64,000 bases of DNA from Polyangiaceae bacterium. GTDB taxonomy: Bacteria > Myxococcota_A > Polyangia > Polyangiales > Polyangiaceae. Location: positions 256,001 through 320,000 of the forward strand of contig CBDCTZ010000009.1 in NCBI GenBank assembly GCA_965222375.1, in the 5' to 3' direction. Below the pieces are notes generated by a model that made no database searches, was not told the origin of the DNA, and saw only the letters and a program-made list of their open reading frames with translations. The translations under genes were made by a program, and so were the position numbers. Positions 37,062 to 46,800 of the stretch are shown here, in pieces (the first letter of the stretch is position 1; each line of letters starts with the position of its first letter).

Positions 37062-38093
37062 GTGTTCAGCCCTCGACTACTCCCGCGCACCTTGGCCGCG
37101 TGCCTGCGTGACGTGAAGCACAAGAAGCTGGAAGTCCGACTGGCGGCGGTCCGGGATCTGGCGCGCCACGCCTCATCGGCAGACAGCAAGCCGGCGCGCA
37201 GCGCCCTATGCGATGCCCTAGCGAATGACTCCGCCGTGGCCGTTCGGGCGGAAGCTGCGGTTGGGCTGGCGGACGCGGGGGCCCGCGAGCATCTCGACGA
37301 ACTATGCGACGCCTTGGAGGACGAAGCATTGCGAGTTCGACAGATGGCCCTCGTCGCCGTCGGCGAGCTGTCGACCACCGAGGACAAGCGAGCTCTGTGC
37401 GCCGTGAAGGCCTTGCTGAGAGACGCCGCGCCGGAGCTTCGTTTTCAAGCCTTGATTGGCGCCCGCAAGCTACTGCCTGCGCCCGAGTTTCTGGCGGAGG
37501 TCGCAACGGCCCAAAAGGACGAAGACGACGAGGTGCGATACATCGCGCTGCGGCTGGCGGAAGAAGTCCACGCTGACGACGAGACGGTGCCGCGAGCGCT
37601 CCTGAACGCTGCACTCATCGGTGCTCGAGACGACAGCCCCCGAGTGCGCCTGATCGCGGCTCTGGTCTTGGTGCGAGCGGAGCACAGCTCTGGCACGGAA
37701 CTATTGGCGGACCTGCTCAACAGGATCCGACTGGATCTCTCCCTCGACGATGAAGCCGCTGCTATCGCGCTCGCCGGGCAGCATGGAATCGAGGCGGCGC
37801 TGCCTGGCCTGCAGCGGCGGGCCTTCGGCGGACTGCTCTCCTCCAGCCCGCTCCAGTGGCAAGCGCGGATCGCCTTGGCCCAGCTCGGCGACCCCCGGGC
37901 CCGCAAGACCATCTTGGGCGGGCTGTCGGCCTGGACCCGCGACGGCCGCACCCTCGCGGTGGTCGCCGCCGGAAAAGCAGGTCTGGCGGAGGCGCGGAAA
38001 AAAATCGAGGCTCTGGGGGCGTCGCCTCGAGGCGCGGATCCCGAAGCGGTGGCTCAAGCACTGCAATTGTTGAAGGAAGTCGACGAGCCCTGA
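37062..38093 (+). CDS. HEAT-repeat (PBS-lyase-like) protein
   Basis: Repeated D...VR..A..AL units (EVRLAAV, AVRAEAA, RVRQMAL, ELRFQAL, EVRYIAL, RVRLIAA). Confidence 0.85.
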   Translation: MFSPRLLPRTLAACLRDVKHKKLEVRLAAVRDLARHASSADSKPARSALCDALANDSAVAVRAEAAVGLADAGAREHLDELCDALEDEALRVRQMALVAVGELSTTEDKRALCAVKALLRDAAPELRFQALIGARKLLPAPEFLAEVATAQKDEDDEVRYIALRLAEEVHADDETVPRALLNAALIGARDDSPRVRLIAALVLVRAEHSSGTELLADLLNRIRLDLSLDDEAAAIALAGQHGIEAALPGLQRRAFGGLLSSSPLQWQARIALAQLGDPRARKTILGGLSAWTRDGRTLAVVAAGKAGLAEARKKIEALGASPRGADPEAVAQALQLLKEVDEP

Positions 38094-38295
38094 GGGCAGA
38101 TCTCGAGACCTGCTCGCGGCTGGTTTCGGGCGGGGCAACGCCATCTGCTGCGTTGGCGCTCCTCGAAATACTGTGAGTATTCCTTCGTCGCGCCGCCTTG
38201 CATCTGGCATCGCCGCGCCTCAAAACCAGCTCCCTCGAGGGTCTGAGATCTGCCCTAAACACCCTGCCCGACTCGTGGTACTCGACCGCAGACTC

Positions 38296-39396
38296 ATGGA
38301 AAGCCCCGATTCGGATCTCGGTCTGTTCCAACTCGTCGACGAAGCGGGCGTGTTCGTCGGAAGCGGCGAGCTACCCGTCGGCGACGACGTCCTCATCGAC
38401 ATGTACCGCCAGATGCGCCGGCTGCGCATCCTGGAAGCCCGCATGGTCGGTCTGCAGCGGCAGGGACGCGTCGGTTTCTACGGCACCTGCACGGGCCAAG
38501 AGGCACCTCCGGTGGCGACGGCCCTCGCCACGGACCCCGGGGATTGGATTTTCCCCGCGCTGCGCGAGAGCGCGATCATGTTGGCTCGCGGGTTTCCTCT
38601 GAGCACGTACCTGGCACAGGTGTTTGGCAACAGCTTGGACGTCCTGCGCGGCCGTCAGATGCCGAGCCATATGAGCGCGCGAAGCGTCAACCAAGTCTCT
38701 TGGTCCAGCTGCATTGGCCCTCAGATCCCCCAGGCCGTGGGCGCGGCGTGGGCGGCACGTTTGGCTGGAGATTCCATGGTGAGCATCGGCTTCATGGGTG
38801 ACGGCGCAACCAGCCAGCCGGATTTCCATAACGCCATGAATTTCGCGGGCGTGTATCGCGTGCCGTGCGTCATGATCTGCCAGAACAACGGTTGGAGCAT
38901 CAGTGTGCCAACGTCTCGCCAGACCGCGTCGCAAACCATCGCGGTGAAGGGGCGCGCTTACGGGGTACCCGCGGTCCGTGTCGACGGCAATGACGTTGTG
39001 GCCTGCTACGACGTCATTCACTCGGCAGTCGAGCGAGCTCGCGCCGGACAAGGGGCTACCTTTATCGAGTGCGTGACCTATCGCATCGGCGCACACTCTA
39101 CGAGCGACGATCCGAGCCGGTATCGCAGCGAAGAGGAAGTTCAGGCCTGGGCCGCAAAAGACCCCGTAGAGCGTTTGCTGAAGCTGCTGCGCTCCCGCAA
39201 CGCACTATCGGAAAAGCAAGAGGCGGACATTGACGCGGAGCTCACGCAGCAAGTCTCAGAGGCGATCAAGACCGCGGAGGCCGGCGCACCGCCAGCACGG
39301 GAATCGTTGTTCGAGGACGTGTACCGGGACCGTCCGTGGCACCTGGACGAACAACTGGAAGAACTGAAGCGCTCTCCCAAGCCACCTGCGCACTGA
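38296..39396 (+). CDS. 2-oxoacid dehydrogenase E1 alpha subunit (pyruvate or branched-chain)
   Basis: LQRQGR, GQEA, GRQMPSH, TPP motif GDGATS...QNN and YRIGAHSTSDD. Start reset to ATG 38296. Confidence 0.93.
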   Translation: MESPDSDLGLFQLVDEAGVFVGSGELPVGDDVLIDMYRQMRRLRILEARMVGLQRQGRVGFYGTCTGQEAPPVATALATDPGDWIFPALRESAIMLARGFPLSTYLAQVFGNSLDVLRGRQMPSHMSARSVNQVSWSSCIGPQIPQAVGAAWAARLAGDSMVSIGFMGDGATSQPDFHNAMNFAGVYRVPCVMICQNNGWSISVPTSRQTASQTIAVKGRAYGVPAVRVDGNDVVACYDVIHSAVERARAGQGATFIECVTYRIGAHSTSDDPSRYRSEEEVQAWAAKDPVERLLKLLRSRNALSEKQEADIDAELTQQVSEAIKTAEAGAPPARESLFEDVYRDRPWHLDEQLEELKRSPKPPAH

Positions 39397-39444
39397 CGCG
39401 CCGCTGCCCGGCGCCGGGGCGTTTCGTGATATAGCCGCCAAGCC

Positions 39445-40857
39445 ATGAGTGACACCAGCTTCGATGCGATTGTGCTGGGCGGTGGGCCCGGCGGATACGT
39501 GTGCGCCATTCGCCTCGCTCAGCTCGGTTTGAGCGTGGCCTGCGTGGAAGAAGAAGAGTACGGCGGCGTGTGTCTCAATTGGGGATGCATTCCTTCCAAG
39601 GCGTTGATCAGCACGGCGCATCTATTTCACAAGGCAGAGCGGGCATCGGTGCAGGGTCTGTCCTTTCCCTCCGCGAGCCTCGATACGCCGAAGATGCAGC
39701 GCTGGAAGGACGGCATCGTCGAGAAGCTCACCGGCGGCGTTCGCCAGCTACTCAAGGCCAATGGCGCCACGGTGGTCGAGGGGCGCGGCCGACTGACCGG
39801 CGCGCGCACGATTGAGGTCAGCACCAAGGGCGGCGGAACCAAGACCCTTACCGCGGGCAAGGGCATCGTGCTGGCAACCGGGAGCGCGACGATCCAGGTT
39901 CCCGGTCTCGAATTCGACGGAAAACAGGTTGTTGGCGCGCGGGAAGCGGTGAGCCTGCAAGAGGTGCCCAAGCGCTTGGTCGTCGTCGGCGGGGGAGTGA
40001 TCGGGCTGGAACTCGGCATGGTCTACCAGGCCTTCGGTGCGGAACTCTCGGTGGTGGAGCTCACCCCGTCTTTGCTACCCGGCGTGGACCCAGAGTGCGT
40101 CCGCGTGGTCGAGCGCACCCTCAAGAAGCGCGGTGCCAAGGTCCACAAGTCGACCAAAGCCACGGGCTACGAGCGCAACTCCGATGGCTCCTTGTCCGTG
40201 AAGCTCGATGGCTCCGGCGCACCAGCTCAGTTGGATTGCGACGTGCTCTTGGTGGCCGTGGGCATGAAGCCGCGCTCCCGCGGCATTGGGCTGGAAGAGC
40301 TCGGCGTGGCCATCGACGAGCGCGGCTTCGTCCCGACGGATGAGCGCTGTCAAACCAACGTGCCCGGGGTCTATGCGATCGGTGATGTGTCGGGTCCACC
40401 CATGCTGGCCCACAAGGCGAGCAAAGAGGGCGAGGTTTGCGCGGAAGTGTTGGCAGGAAAGGCTGCGGCCAAGGATTGGGCCACCATTCCGGGCATCATC
40501 TTCACAGATCCCGAGATCGCCACCGCGGGTCTCACCGAGGCTGAGGCCAAGGAGCAGGGCTACGACGTTCGAGTCGGCAAGTTCCCCTTTGCCGCCTTGG
40601 GTCGGGCCATGAGCATCGGTGAGACCGACGGCTTCGTGAAGATGGTGATAGATACGTCTACCAAGCGCATTCTCGGCATTCACATTGTCGGACCGGCCGC
40701 GAGCGATCTGATCAGCGAAGCGGTGTTGGCCCTGGAAATGGTGGCGACGGCGGAGGACCTATCGCTTTCTGTGCATCCTCATCCCACCCTTGGCGAGTCA
40801 TTGATGGAAGCGGCGGCCGCCTCCTTGGGCCACGCCATTCACGTGATCAACCGTTAG
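39445..40857 (+). CDS. lpdA: Dihydrolipoyl dehydrogenase (E3)
   Basis: [35 protein letters not shown] and HPHPTLGE. Confidence 0.97.
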   Translation: MSDTSFDAIVLGGGPGGYVCAIRLAQLGLSVACVEEEEYGGVCLNWGCIPSKALISTAHLFHKAERASVQGLSFPSASLDTPKMQRWKDGIVEKLTGGVRQLLKANGATVVEGRGRLTGARTIEVSTKGGGTKTLTAGKGIVLATGSATIQVPGLEFDGKQVVGAREAVSLQEVPKRLVVVGGGVIGLELGMVYQAFGAELSVVELTPSLLPGVDPECVRVVERTLKKRGAKVHKSTKATGYERNSDGSLSVKLDGSGAPAQLDCDVLLVAVGMKPRSRGIGLEELGVAIDERGFVPTDERCQTNVPGVYAIGDVSGPPMLAHKASKEGEVCAEVLAGKAAAKDWATIPGIIFTDPEIATAGLTEAEAKEQGYDVRVGKFPFAALGRAMSIGETDGFVKMVIDTSTKRILGIHIVGPAASDLISEAVLALEMVATAEDLSLSVHPHPTLGESLMEAAAASLGHAIHVINR

Positions 40858-41333
40858 GTGCCCGGCGGGCTGTCGCGTAGCCGCTCCAAACTCCCAATCG
40901 CCTCTTCCACATGGCGTCGCGCATCCAGGGCGCTGGAGAAGGCGTGCAGGATCTTGGCGTCACGGTTGATCACGAAGGTGACTCGACCGTCGAAGAAACC
41001 CAGAGTCTTTTTCACGCCGAAGGATGCGCGCACCTTGCCATCGGTATCGCTGAGCAAGGTGTAGGGCAGGTCGTGCTTCCCGGCGAAGGACTCGTGGCTA
41101 CGGACGGAGTCTCGGCTGACTCCCACCACCTGCGCGCCGCGACTGAGGAACACCTCATGGCGATCCCGAAACGCGCACGCCTCGGCGATGCACACGGGTG
41201 TGTCGTCCTTGGGGTAGAAGAAGAGGACGACGGGACCTCGTTTCAGGGCCTCTACAAGCGTGAAGCTACTGCCGTCTTGCGCGGTGAGGGTGAAGTCCGG
41301 CGCGGAGTCACCGACGCCAAGTTGGGCTTCCAT
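40854..41333 (-). CDS. bcp: Peroxiredoxin, BCP/PrxQ type
   Basis: [26 protein letters not shown] (PxxxTxxCxxxxC) and RVTFVI. Confidence 0.93.
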   Translation of the reverse strand: MEAQLGVGDSAPDFTLTAQDGSSFTLVEALKRGPVVLFFYPKDDTPVCIAEACAFRDRHEVFLSRGAQVVGVSRDSVRSHESFAGKHDLPYTLLSDTDGKVRASFGVKKTLGFFDGRVTFVINRDAKILHAFSSALDARRHVEEAIGSLERLRDSPPGT

Positions 41334-41499
41334 TGGGCCCGAGCATAGCGGAGGGGCGTCGGCCTGGGCGGGGGTCTGGCTGCCGCGCGCACGAGGGCGT
41401 CGAAAATTGCCCTGGAAAACTCAGGAAACGCCAGCTCGACCCTGGTTTTTGGGAGCATCGGCTAGCGGGCCTCTCGGCCCCCATGGCAGAGTCAGCGCC

Positions 41500-42234
41500 A
41501 TGGGGATTTTCGACCGTATGGGCAGAGTGATTTCGTCGAACTTCAACTCTTTGTTGGACAAGGCAGACGACCCCAAAAAGAGCATCGACCTGACGCTCAG
41601 AGAAATGCGCGAGCAGCTCAAAGCCGCGCGCCAAGAGGTCGTGCGCAGTGTCGCTGCGGAGAAACAACTACGCGGCAAGGTCGACGAACTCGACAAGGAG
41701 GTCGAGAAGTGGTCCAAGCGCGCCGAACTCGCCGTCAAGCATTCCGACGACGACCTGGCGCGGGAAGCACTGGTGCAGAAGAAGCGCCTCACCCAGGAAC
41801 GAGACCGGGCAGAGGCGCTTCGCGCCGAGCAACGCACCAACGCCTTGGAGATGAAGGCCGAACTAGAGCGAATGGAAGCCAAGCATCAGGAGCTGGATGC
41901 GAAGAAAGGCACCTTGGCCGCCAAAGCGCAACAGGCGAAAGCCGGCGGCGGCGTGGAGGGTCTGGGCGCACCTGTTGGTGGCAGTGCCTTCGGCGAGTTC
42001 CGACGCATGGAGGATCAGATCGAAGGCGTCGAGGCCGCAGTTCAGGCGCAACGCGAAGTCGAGGAGGCCTTGGGGCCGGGGGTGGGCCCGGGCGGTTTGA
42101 GTCGCGACGAAGTCGAAGCCAAGTTCCGCCAACTCGAGTACGGCGAGAAGTCGGCCGGCAGCGGCAGCGCAGCGAGCAGCGAGATTGATGACGAACTGTC
42201 GGCGCTGAAGAAAAAAGTCCGCGTCGATAGCTGA
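41500..42234 (+). CDS. pspA: PspA/IM30 family protein
   Basis: MGIFDRMGRVISSNFNSLLDKADDP, DDLAREAL, F.RMEDQI and IDDELSALK. Start reset to ATG 41500. Confidence 0.93.
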   Translation: MGIFDRMGRVISSNFNSLLDKADDPKKSIDLTLREMREQLKAARQEVVRSVAAEKQLRGKVDELDKEVEKWSKRAELAVKHSDDDLAREALVQKKRLTQERDRAEALRAEQRTNALEMKAELERMEAKHQELDAKKGTLAAKAQQAKAGGGVEGLGAPVGGSAFGEFRRMEDQIEGVEAAVQAQREVEEALGPGVGPGGLSRDEVEAKFRQLEYGEKSAGSGSAASSEIDDELSALKKKVRVDS

Positions 42235-42244
42235 GTCCAGGAAC

Positions 42245-44446
42245 GTGACGAATCCCCCCGCAAACGGGGCGCCGGAGCGCCTGGTGCTGTGCCTCCGCAA
42301 GCATGGGCGCGATGGCGCTGACGACGAACTCGTCGACTTGCTTGGTCGCGCGGAGGCCCAGGGCGCTCGCGTCGTGGCTTGGCAGAGCGGCGTGGTGGCT
42401 TTCGACTTCGAGCCCGACGCCATCGAGGACGCCGTGGAACTCGTATTGACTCTTCCACCGCAGTTCTCCGCGGGCGTGGCCCAGGGCGCTCTCGCGGTTC
42501 TGGTCGAGGCAGGCTCCAAGGTCGCGCTGTCATCCGGTGAAGCATTGCGTAAGGCCAACCAGCTGGCGCGAGTGGCGCGTGCGGGCGAAGTGCTGCTCTC
42601 ACCCGCTTTGCCCCAAGCTCAAAGTGGCGAGGTCCTCACTCGAGGTTCCCGCTTGGGCCTTTTGGGTAAAGAGCGCGTTCGAGGGTTGCGCTTGGATCTC
42701 ACGCTACCGCTGAGGCCGGGTACTCAGCAGCGCGCGCCGGCGGCCCTCGCCTGGCTCGAGCGCGAGTTGCCCGAACTGCCAGTGCCCGGGCAGTGCATCG
42801 AGCTGTGTGGACCGCGGGGTGCAGGCGGCACGCGTGCCATCTTCGAACTCACGAAGCGCGCCGGAAAACGCCGCACCATGGAGCTCGTGCCTCGCCTAGG
42901 CGAGCCTTTGGGAGCGCTTCGGGTCGCGTGCGGCGTGCTCTACCAAGATGATCTTTCGCCGGAGCTCTCGGCCTCTCGCGAAAGTCTGTGCGCTGGGGAG
43001 GGGCTGGAGATCGATGTTTGCGCGGAGCTACTCGAAGCGGCGCTTGGCGACGAAGGTGTGGTGTTCGTCGACGATGCGGAGCGAGTCGATGGCGACAGTC
43101 TGGATGCTGTCATGGCGGCGTGCAATCGGGGCAAGCTAGGCGTGCTGCTGCGGCGCACGGCGCCCGGCTCCCGCGCAACCGAGTCGGTGAACCTCGGAGA
43201 TTTAGCAGACGACGCGGCGCAACAGCTGGTGCACGCCTTGGTGCCCGACTTGGCGTCCAAGGATGCGGTTCGCCTAGCTCGCCGGGGCAGCCAGAACGTA
43301 CTGAGCGTTCGTGAGTCGACGTTGGAGGCGGCGGAGAGCGGCCTGCTGGTCGAAAAGGATGGCGCGACGGTGCTCCGAGTCAGTGTCGCGGGTCGAAACC
43401 GGCCCTTCGCGGCGCAGCATTGGATCGAGCGGCGGCTGCGTTGGTTCTCGGAGGCGGACCAGCTCGTGTTGGGGGCACTGGCCGTGTGGGGTGGCGAAGC
43501 CACGATTCGCGACCTGGAGCAGCTGGTCGAGCGTGAAGAGCAAACGCAGGTGAGCGCCGCGGTTGCCGCACTGCGCCTGCGCGGGTGGCTTCGTGCTCAC
43601 ACCGAAATCGTCACCTTCGCTTTTTCATCCGTTCGGGACGTGGCGCTTGCGTCCCTGCCCGAAGCGCGTCGCGCCCGCTTGCACCGGCGCGCCTCCGCAT
43701 GGCTCGCGAAGCAGGACACGCCGCTGTGGTCCGTATCCGCTGGGGTTCATGCCCTGCTCGGTGGGGACGTGGACGGAGCCCTGCCTTTGCTGCGCCGGGG
43801 CGGATCGGCCGCACGCGCCGCGGGGCTGGTGCGCACCGCGGAAGCGTTGGACCGGTTCACCGAAACCGGCGAGCCCGACGTACTGGAATCTCGGGGTCTG
43901 CTCGGCGGCGCCATCGCCGACCGCGCGGGACTCCAGCGCGAGAGCGTGCCCCCGGTTTCCCTGACCCACCCGACCGGCGGCCCTGAGTTCCTCGCCGAGT
44001 CGCCCACGGCGACCCGCTTCGTTCAAGCGCTCCGTGATGGCGACCACACTGCCGCGCTGGAATTGGCGTCGGAGCTTCAGGCTGGTGGCGTGGAGCCCCA
44101 CATCGCGCTTCGGCTCGAGGGGATGGCCTGTTTGGCTCGAGACGACGTGGCCAAGGCGCTCAGCTGCCTGCGCCAGGCGAAGGACCTCGCGGAAGAGCTT
44201 TCCGCAGTCGACCGCAGTCGGGCTTCCTTGGCCCTGGCGGTTGGGCTCGCTCGGGGCGGTCGCTTTCGGGAAGCGCTCCTCGAAGGGCTGAACGGTTTGG
44301 CTCGGGCGCGGGAAGCCGAAGACCGCCAGGGGCAACACGTCACCGCTCGTTTCTTGGCTCAGCTTTCGGAGACTGCCGGCGATGCCGATGCCCAGCGCGG
44401 TTGGCGCGCCTTGGGCGAGAGGATCCCATCCCGGCCGCCACGCTGA
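42245..44446 (+). CDS. Hypothetical multidomain protein (degenerate cyclase-like, STAND NTPase-like and TPR-like regions)
   Basis: 733 aa ORF 10 nt after pspA. Contains A..LARVARAGEVLLS, LCGPRGAGGT, VFVDDAERVD, ARRARLHRRA and a helical C-terminus. Confidence 0.65.
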   Translation: MTNPPANGAPERLVLCLRKHGRDGADDELVDLLGRAEAQGARVVAWQSGVVAFDFEPDAIEDAVELVLTLPPQFSAGVAQGALAVLVEAGSKVALSSGEALRKANQLARVARAGEVLLSPALPQAQSGEVLTRGSRLGLLGKERVRGLRLDLTLPLRPGTQQRAPAALAWLERELPELPVPGQCIELCGPRGAGGTRAIFELTKRAGKRRTMELVPRLGEPLGALRVACGVLYQDDLSPELSASRESLCAGEGLEIDVCAELLEAALGDEGVVFVDDAERVDGDSLDAVMAACNRGKLGVLLRRTAPGSRATESVNLGDLADDAAQQLVHALVPDLASKDAVRLARRGSQNVLSVRESTLEAAESGLLVEKDGATVLRVSVAGRNRPFAAQHWIERRLRWFSEADQLVLGALAVWGGEATIRDLEQLVEREEQTQVSAAVAALRLRGWLRAHTEIVTFAFSSVRDVALASLPEARRARLHRRASAWLAKQDTPLWSVSAGVHALLGGDVDGALPLLRRGGSAARAAGLVRTAEALDRFTETGEPDVLESRGLLGGAIADRAGLQRESVPPVSLTHPTGGPEFLAESPTATRFVQALRDGDHTAALELASELQAGGVEPHIALRLEGMACLARDDVAKALSCLRQAKDLAEELSAVDRSRASLALAVGLARGGRFREALLEGLNGLARAREAEDRQGQHVTARFLAQLSETAGDADAQRGWRALGERIPSRPPR

Positions 44447-44452
44447 AAGACC

Positions 44453-45481
44453 TCACTCGCCGGCTTGTTCGCTTTCTGCCCAAGCCTCGCGCAGGATCTC
44501 CGCAACCGCCTCGTACAGGTCTTCGGGAATTTCCTCGCCGACCTCCAGCTCCGACAGTGCGCGCGCGACGGGTACGTCGCGGATTACTGGAACGGAATAG
44601 GCGCGAGCGGCATCCATCATGCGCCGGGCCAGCTCTCCACGCCCCTGCGCGAGGATCTTCGGCGCGCTCTCGTCCTCCTCCTCCAAGTAGTGGAGCGCCA
44701 CGGCCAAATGCGTGGGGTTGACCACCACAACGGTCGCGTCCTTCACGGCGTGCAGCGCCGCCCCCTCTGCCACTTCTTGGTGAGCCCGCTTGCGCGCCGC
44801 GCGTAGTTCGGGATCTCCTTCGCTCTCTTTGAATTCGCGTTTGACCTCGTCCTTGCTCATCCGGTGTCGTCGCTGCCAAGACCAGTGGACGATGAGCAAA
44901 TCGAAAGCTGCCAACCCCAGCCCGACCAGAGCCGCGATCCAAAGCAAACGCTTGGAGAGCACTCCGGCCACCACCACGGCCGACGCGCCGCTGCCGGTGG
45001 AAAACGATAGATCCGGCGTGTGATCGACCAGCAAGCGAACTGCCAAGTAGGCCACGACCAGCGCAGCCGCGAGGGAACGGGCCACCCCGATCAGCCGCTG
45101 GGAGCTGAAGATGTTCTTCATGCCCGAGACCGGATTGGCCCGGCTGAGATCCGGAGTGATCTTTTTGAACGCAACGACCCCGCCGCTCTGAACCAAGCCG
45201 ACGGCAAGCGCCGCGATGGACGCGGCGCCGATGAGGGGCAAGGTGAGGGTGGTCACATCCCGAGCTATTTCCACTGCCGATACACTCCGCATCGGCGACT
45301 CGATGCCGCGGACGATCAGTGCGCCGGCACGCGTGGCCGTCGCATGAAGCGCCGCTGGCGCGACGGCAACCGCAACCAAGAAGCCAAAGCCCTGGACCAA
45401 GGCCCCAGAAACCGGGCTGTCCCCATCCTCCCGCGCCTTGCGCAGTTTTTTCGGGGTGGGCTGTTCGGATTTCTCGCTCAT
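44453..45481 (-). CDS. Type III secretion export apparatus switch protein, EscU/YscU/FlhB (SctU) family
   Basis: EKSEQPTPKKLRKAREDG, TM helices, MSKDEVKREFKESEGDP, autocleavage motif VVNPTHLAVAL and VARAL...IPEDLYEAVAEIL. Confidence 0.95.
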   Translation of the reverse strand: MSEKSEQPTPKKLRKAREDGDSPVSGALVQGFGFLVAVAVAPAALHATATRAGALIVRGIESPMRSVSAVEIARDVTTLTLPLIGAASIAALAVGLVQSGGVVAFKKITPDLSRANPVSGMKNIFSSQRLIGVARSLAAALVVAYLAVRLLVDHTPDLSFSTGSGASAVVVAGVLSKRLLWIAALVGLGLAAFDLLIVHWSWQRRHRMSKDEVKREFKESEGDPELRAARKRAHQEVAEGAALHAVKDATVVVVNPTHLAVALHYLEEEDESAPKILAQGRGELARRMMDAARAYSVPVIRDVPVARALSELEVGEEIPEDLYEAVAEILREAWAESEQAGE

Positions 45482-45564
45482 GAATACGTCGCGCTGGCTG
45501 AGCCTGCGCTTTTCGACCCAGTTCGGTCAAGCGCACGCTCAGTTGCGTGACAAAGCCGAGAGGC

Positions 45565-46689
45565 CTACAGCCCGAGGCCGGGGATCGGAAATGGGAAGGG
45601 GCTGGCGTTGCCGCCCGACGACCGATAGTTCGCCGCCGTCTGTTGGATGACCGGCACACGCACGAAGGGCGGCGGGTGCGAGCGCTCAAAGCCGAACACG
45701 ATGTCAATGGGGGAGAAGCGATCAAGCCCGGAGAAGAACTGCATCGTCAGCAGGCCACCCTTTTCCGTCCAGTGGTAGCCAGAGCGCCGCTTGCCTGCGC
45801 CCAGGACGTTGTTCGTGCCGGCGATGTCTGCTGCCAGCTCGTTGGGCTGATTGAAAATCGGAATCACGCCCGAGAGGATGTGGCTGGCCTCAGCAGCGGT
45901 GACCGCGCCGGTCCCGGAAGCCGTGCAGGGCAGGTGGCCCAGGTAGTGGTGGCCGAGTTCGTGCCCCAGGACGAAGGCGATTTGCTCGTCCAGTAGCTCA
46001 TGTTGCCGCTTGACCTTGCGACCATCGGTCTGCTGCGCGGGCGTGATCAAGCCCGCGGGAGGTTTTACGATCGGATGCCCAGGCTTCTGATACTTCGCCA
46101 AGTGCCGGATGTAGGCGTCCGTCTTGTTGGTGCGGAAGACCTCGTCCGTGGCTTTGGTTTGCGCCAGATAGGCTTCGATTTCCAACAGTCCGTCGCTGAT
46201 GGCCATCACGCTCTTGCCGCTTTTGGTGCAAGCAGCGAAAGCGTTGACGCTCCCGACCTTGTTGTCGACGACGAGGGGGATGCCCTTGACCCGAGATTGA
46301 TTCTGCGAGCTCAGCGCGGCGGTGAGTTCTTGAATGATCGTCTGGGCTCGGCCTCGGAGGTAGGCGATGTTGACCAGATTGATCGGATCTGAACCCACCG
46401 GTGGCAGCGCGGCGGGTGGGGGCTGCGCCGGCGGCTGGCCCGTGGGCGCTTGACCGGGTGGCTGTCCCGGTGGCGGAGCTTGTCCGTAACCGGGCGGCGG
46501 GGCCTGTCCATAACCCGGCGGCGGCGCCTGGCCATAGCCGGGCGGTGGAGCCCCGTAGCCCGGCGGCGGTCCGCCTCCTGGGTGCCGCGGTCTGCGGGAG
46601 CTGGAGGATGTCTCACATCCGATGGCTGCGATGGTCGTCAGCGCCAGCGCCAAGCCTGCGTATCTCGTCCACATGCGTGTCGGGAGCAT
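45565..46689 (-). CDS. M48 family zinc metalloprotease lipoprotein with a Pro/Gly/Tyr repeat linker
   Basis: Lipobox IAAIG-C, VNAFA, IAFVLGHELGHH (HExxH), ELAADIAG and SHPP. Start uncertain (46737, 46689 or 46674). Confidence 0.88.
   Translation of the reverse strand: MLPTRMWTRYAGLALALTTIAAIGCETSSSSRRPRHPGGGPPPGYGAPPPGYGQAPPPGYGQAPPPGYGQAPPPGQPPGQAPTGQPPAQPPPAALPPVGSDPINLVNIAYLRGRAQTIIQELTAALSSQNQSRVKGIPLVVDNKVGSVNAFAACTKSGKSVMAISDGLLEIEAYLAQTKATDEVFRTNKTDAYIRHLAKYQKPGHPIVKPPAGLITPAQQTDGRKVKRQHELLDEQIAFVLGHELGHHYLGHLPCTASGTGAVTAAEASHILSGVIPIFNQPNELAADIAGTNNVLGAGKRRSGYHWTEKGGLLTMQFFSGLDRFSPIDIVFGFERSHPPPFVRVPVIQQTAANYRSSGGNASPFPFPIPGLGL
46430..46572 (-). repeat. Coding tandem repeat (PPPGYG[Q]A)n
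   Basis: Translation PPPGYGAPPPGYGQAPPPGYGQAPPPGYGQAPPPGQPPGQAP, with 21-24 nt units diverged at synonymous positions. Confidence 0.8.
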
Positions 46690-46800
46690 AGCGCGCCCCT
46701 CGCGCTTGGGTCCCCCGGTTTTGGTCTTTTTGTGCATCGGCAGTGTGGGGAGATCGTCCCATACGCTGATACGCTTGGCTTTCCGCTCAGCTTCCCGAGC

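Noticed and set aside
41414..41449. Short inverted repeat AAAACTCAGG...CCTGGTTTT upstream of pspA
   Set aside because: It is short and imperfect, with no recognisable sigma54 -24/-12 motif, so it is too weak to call.
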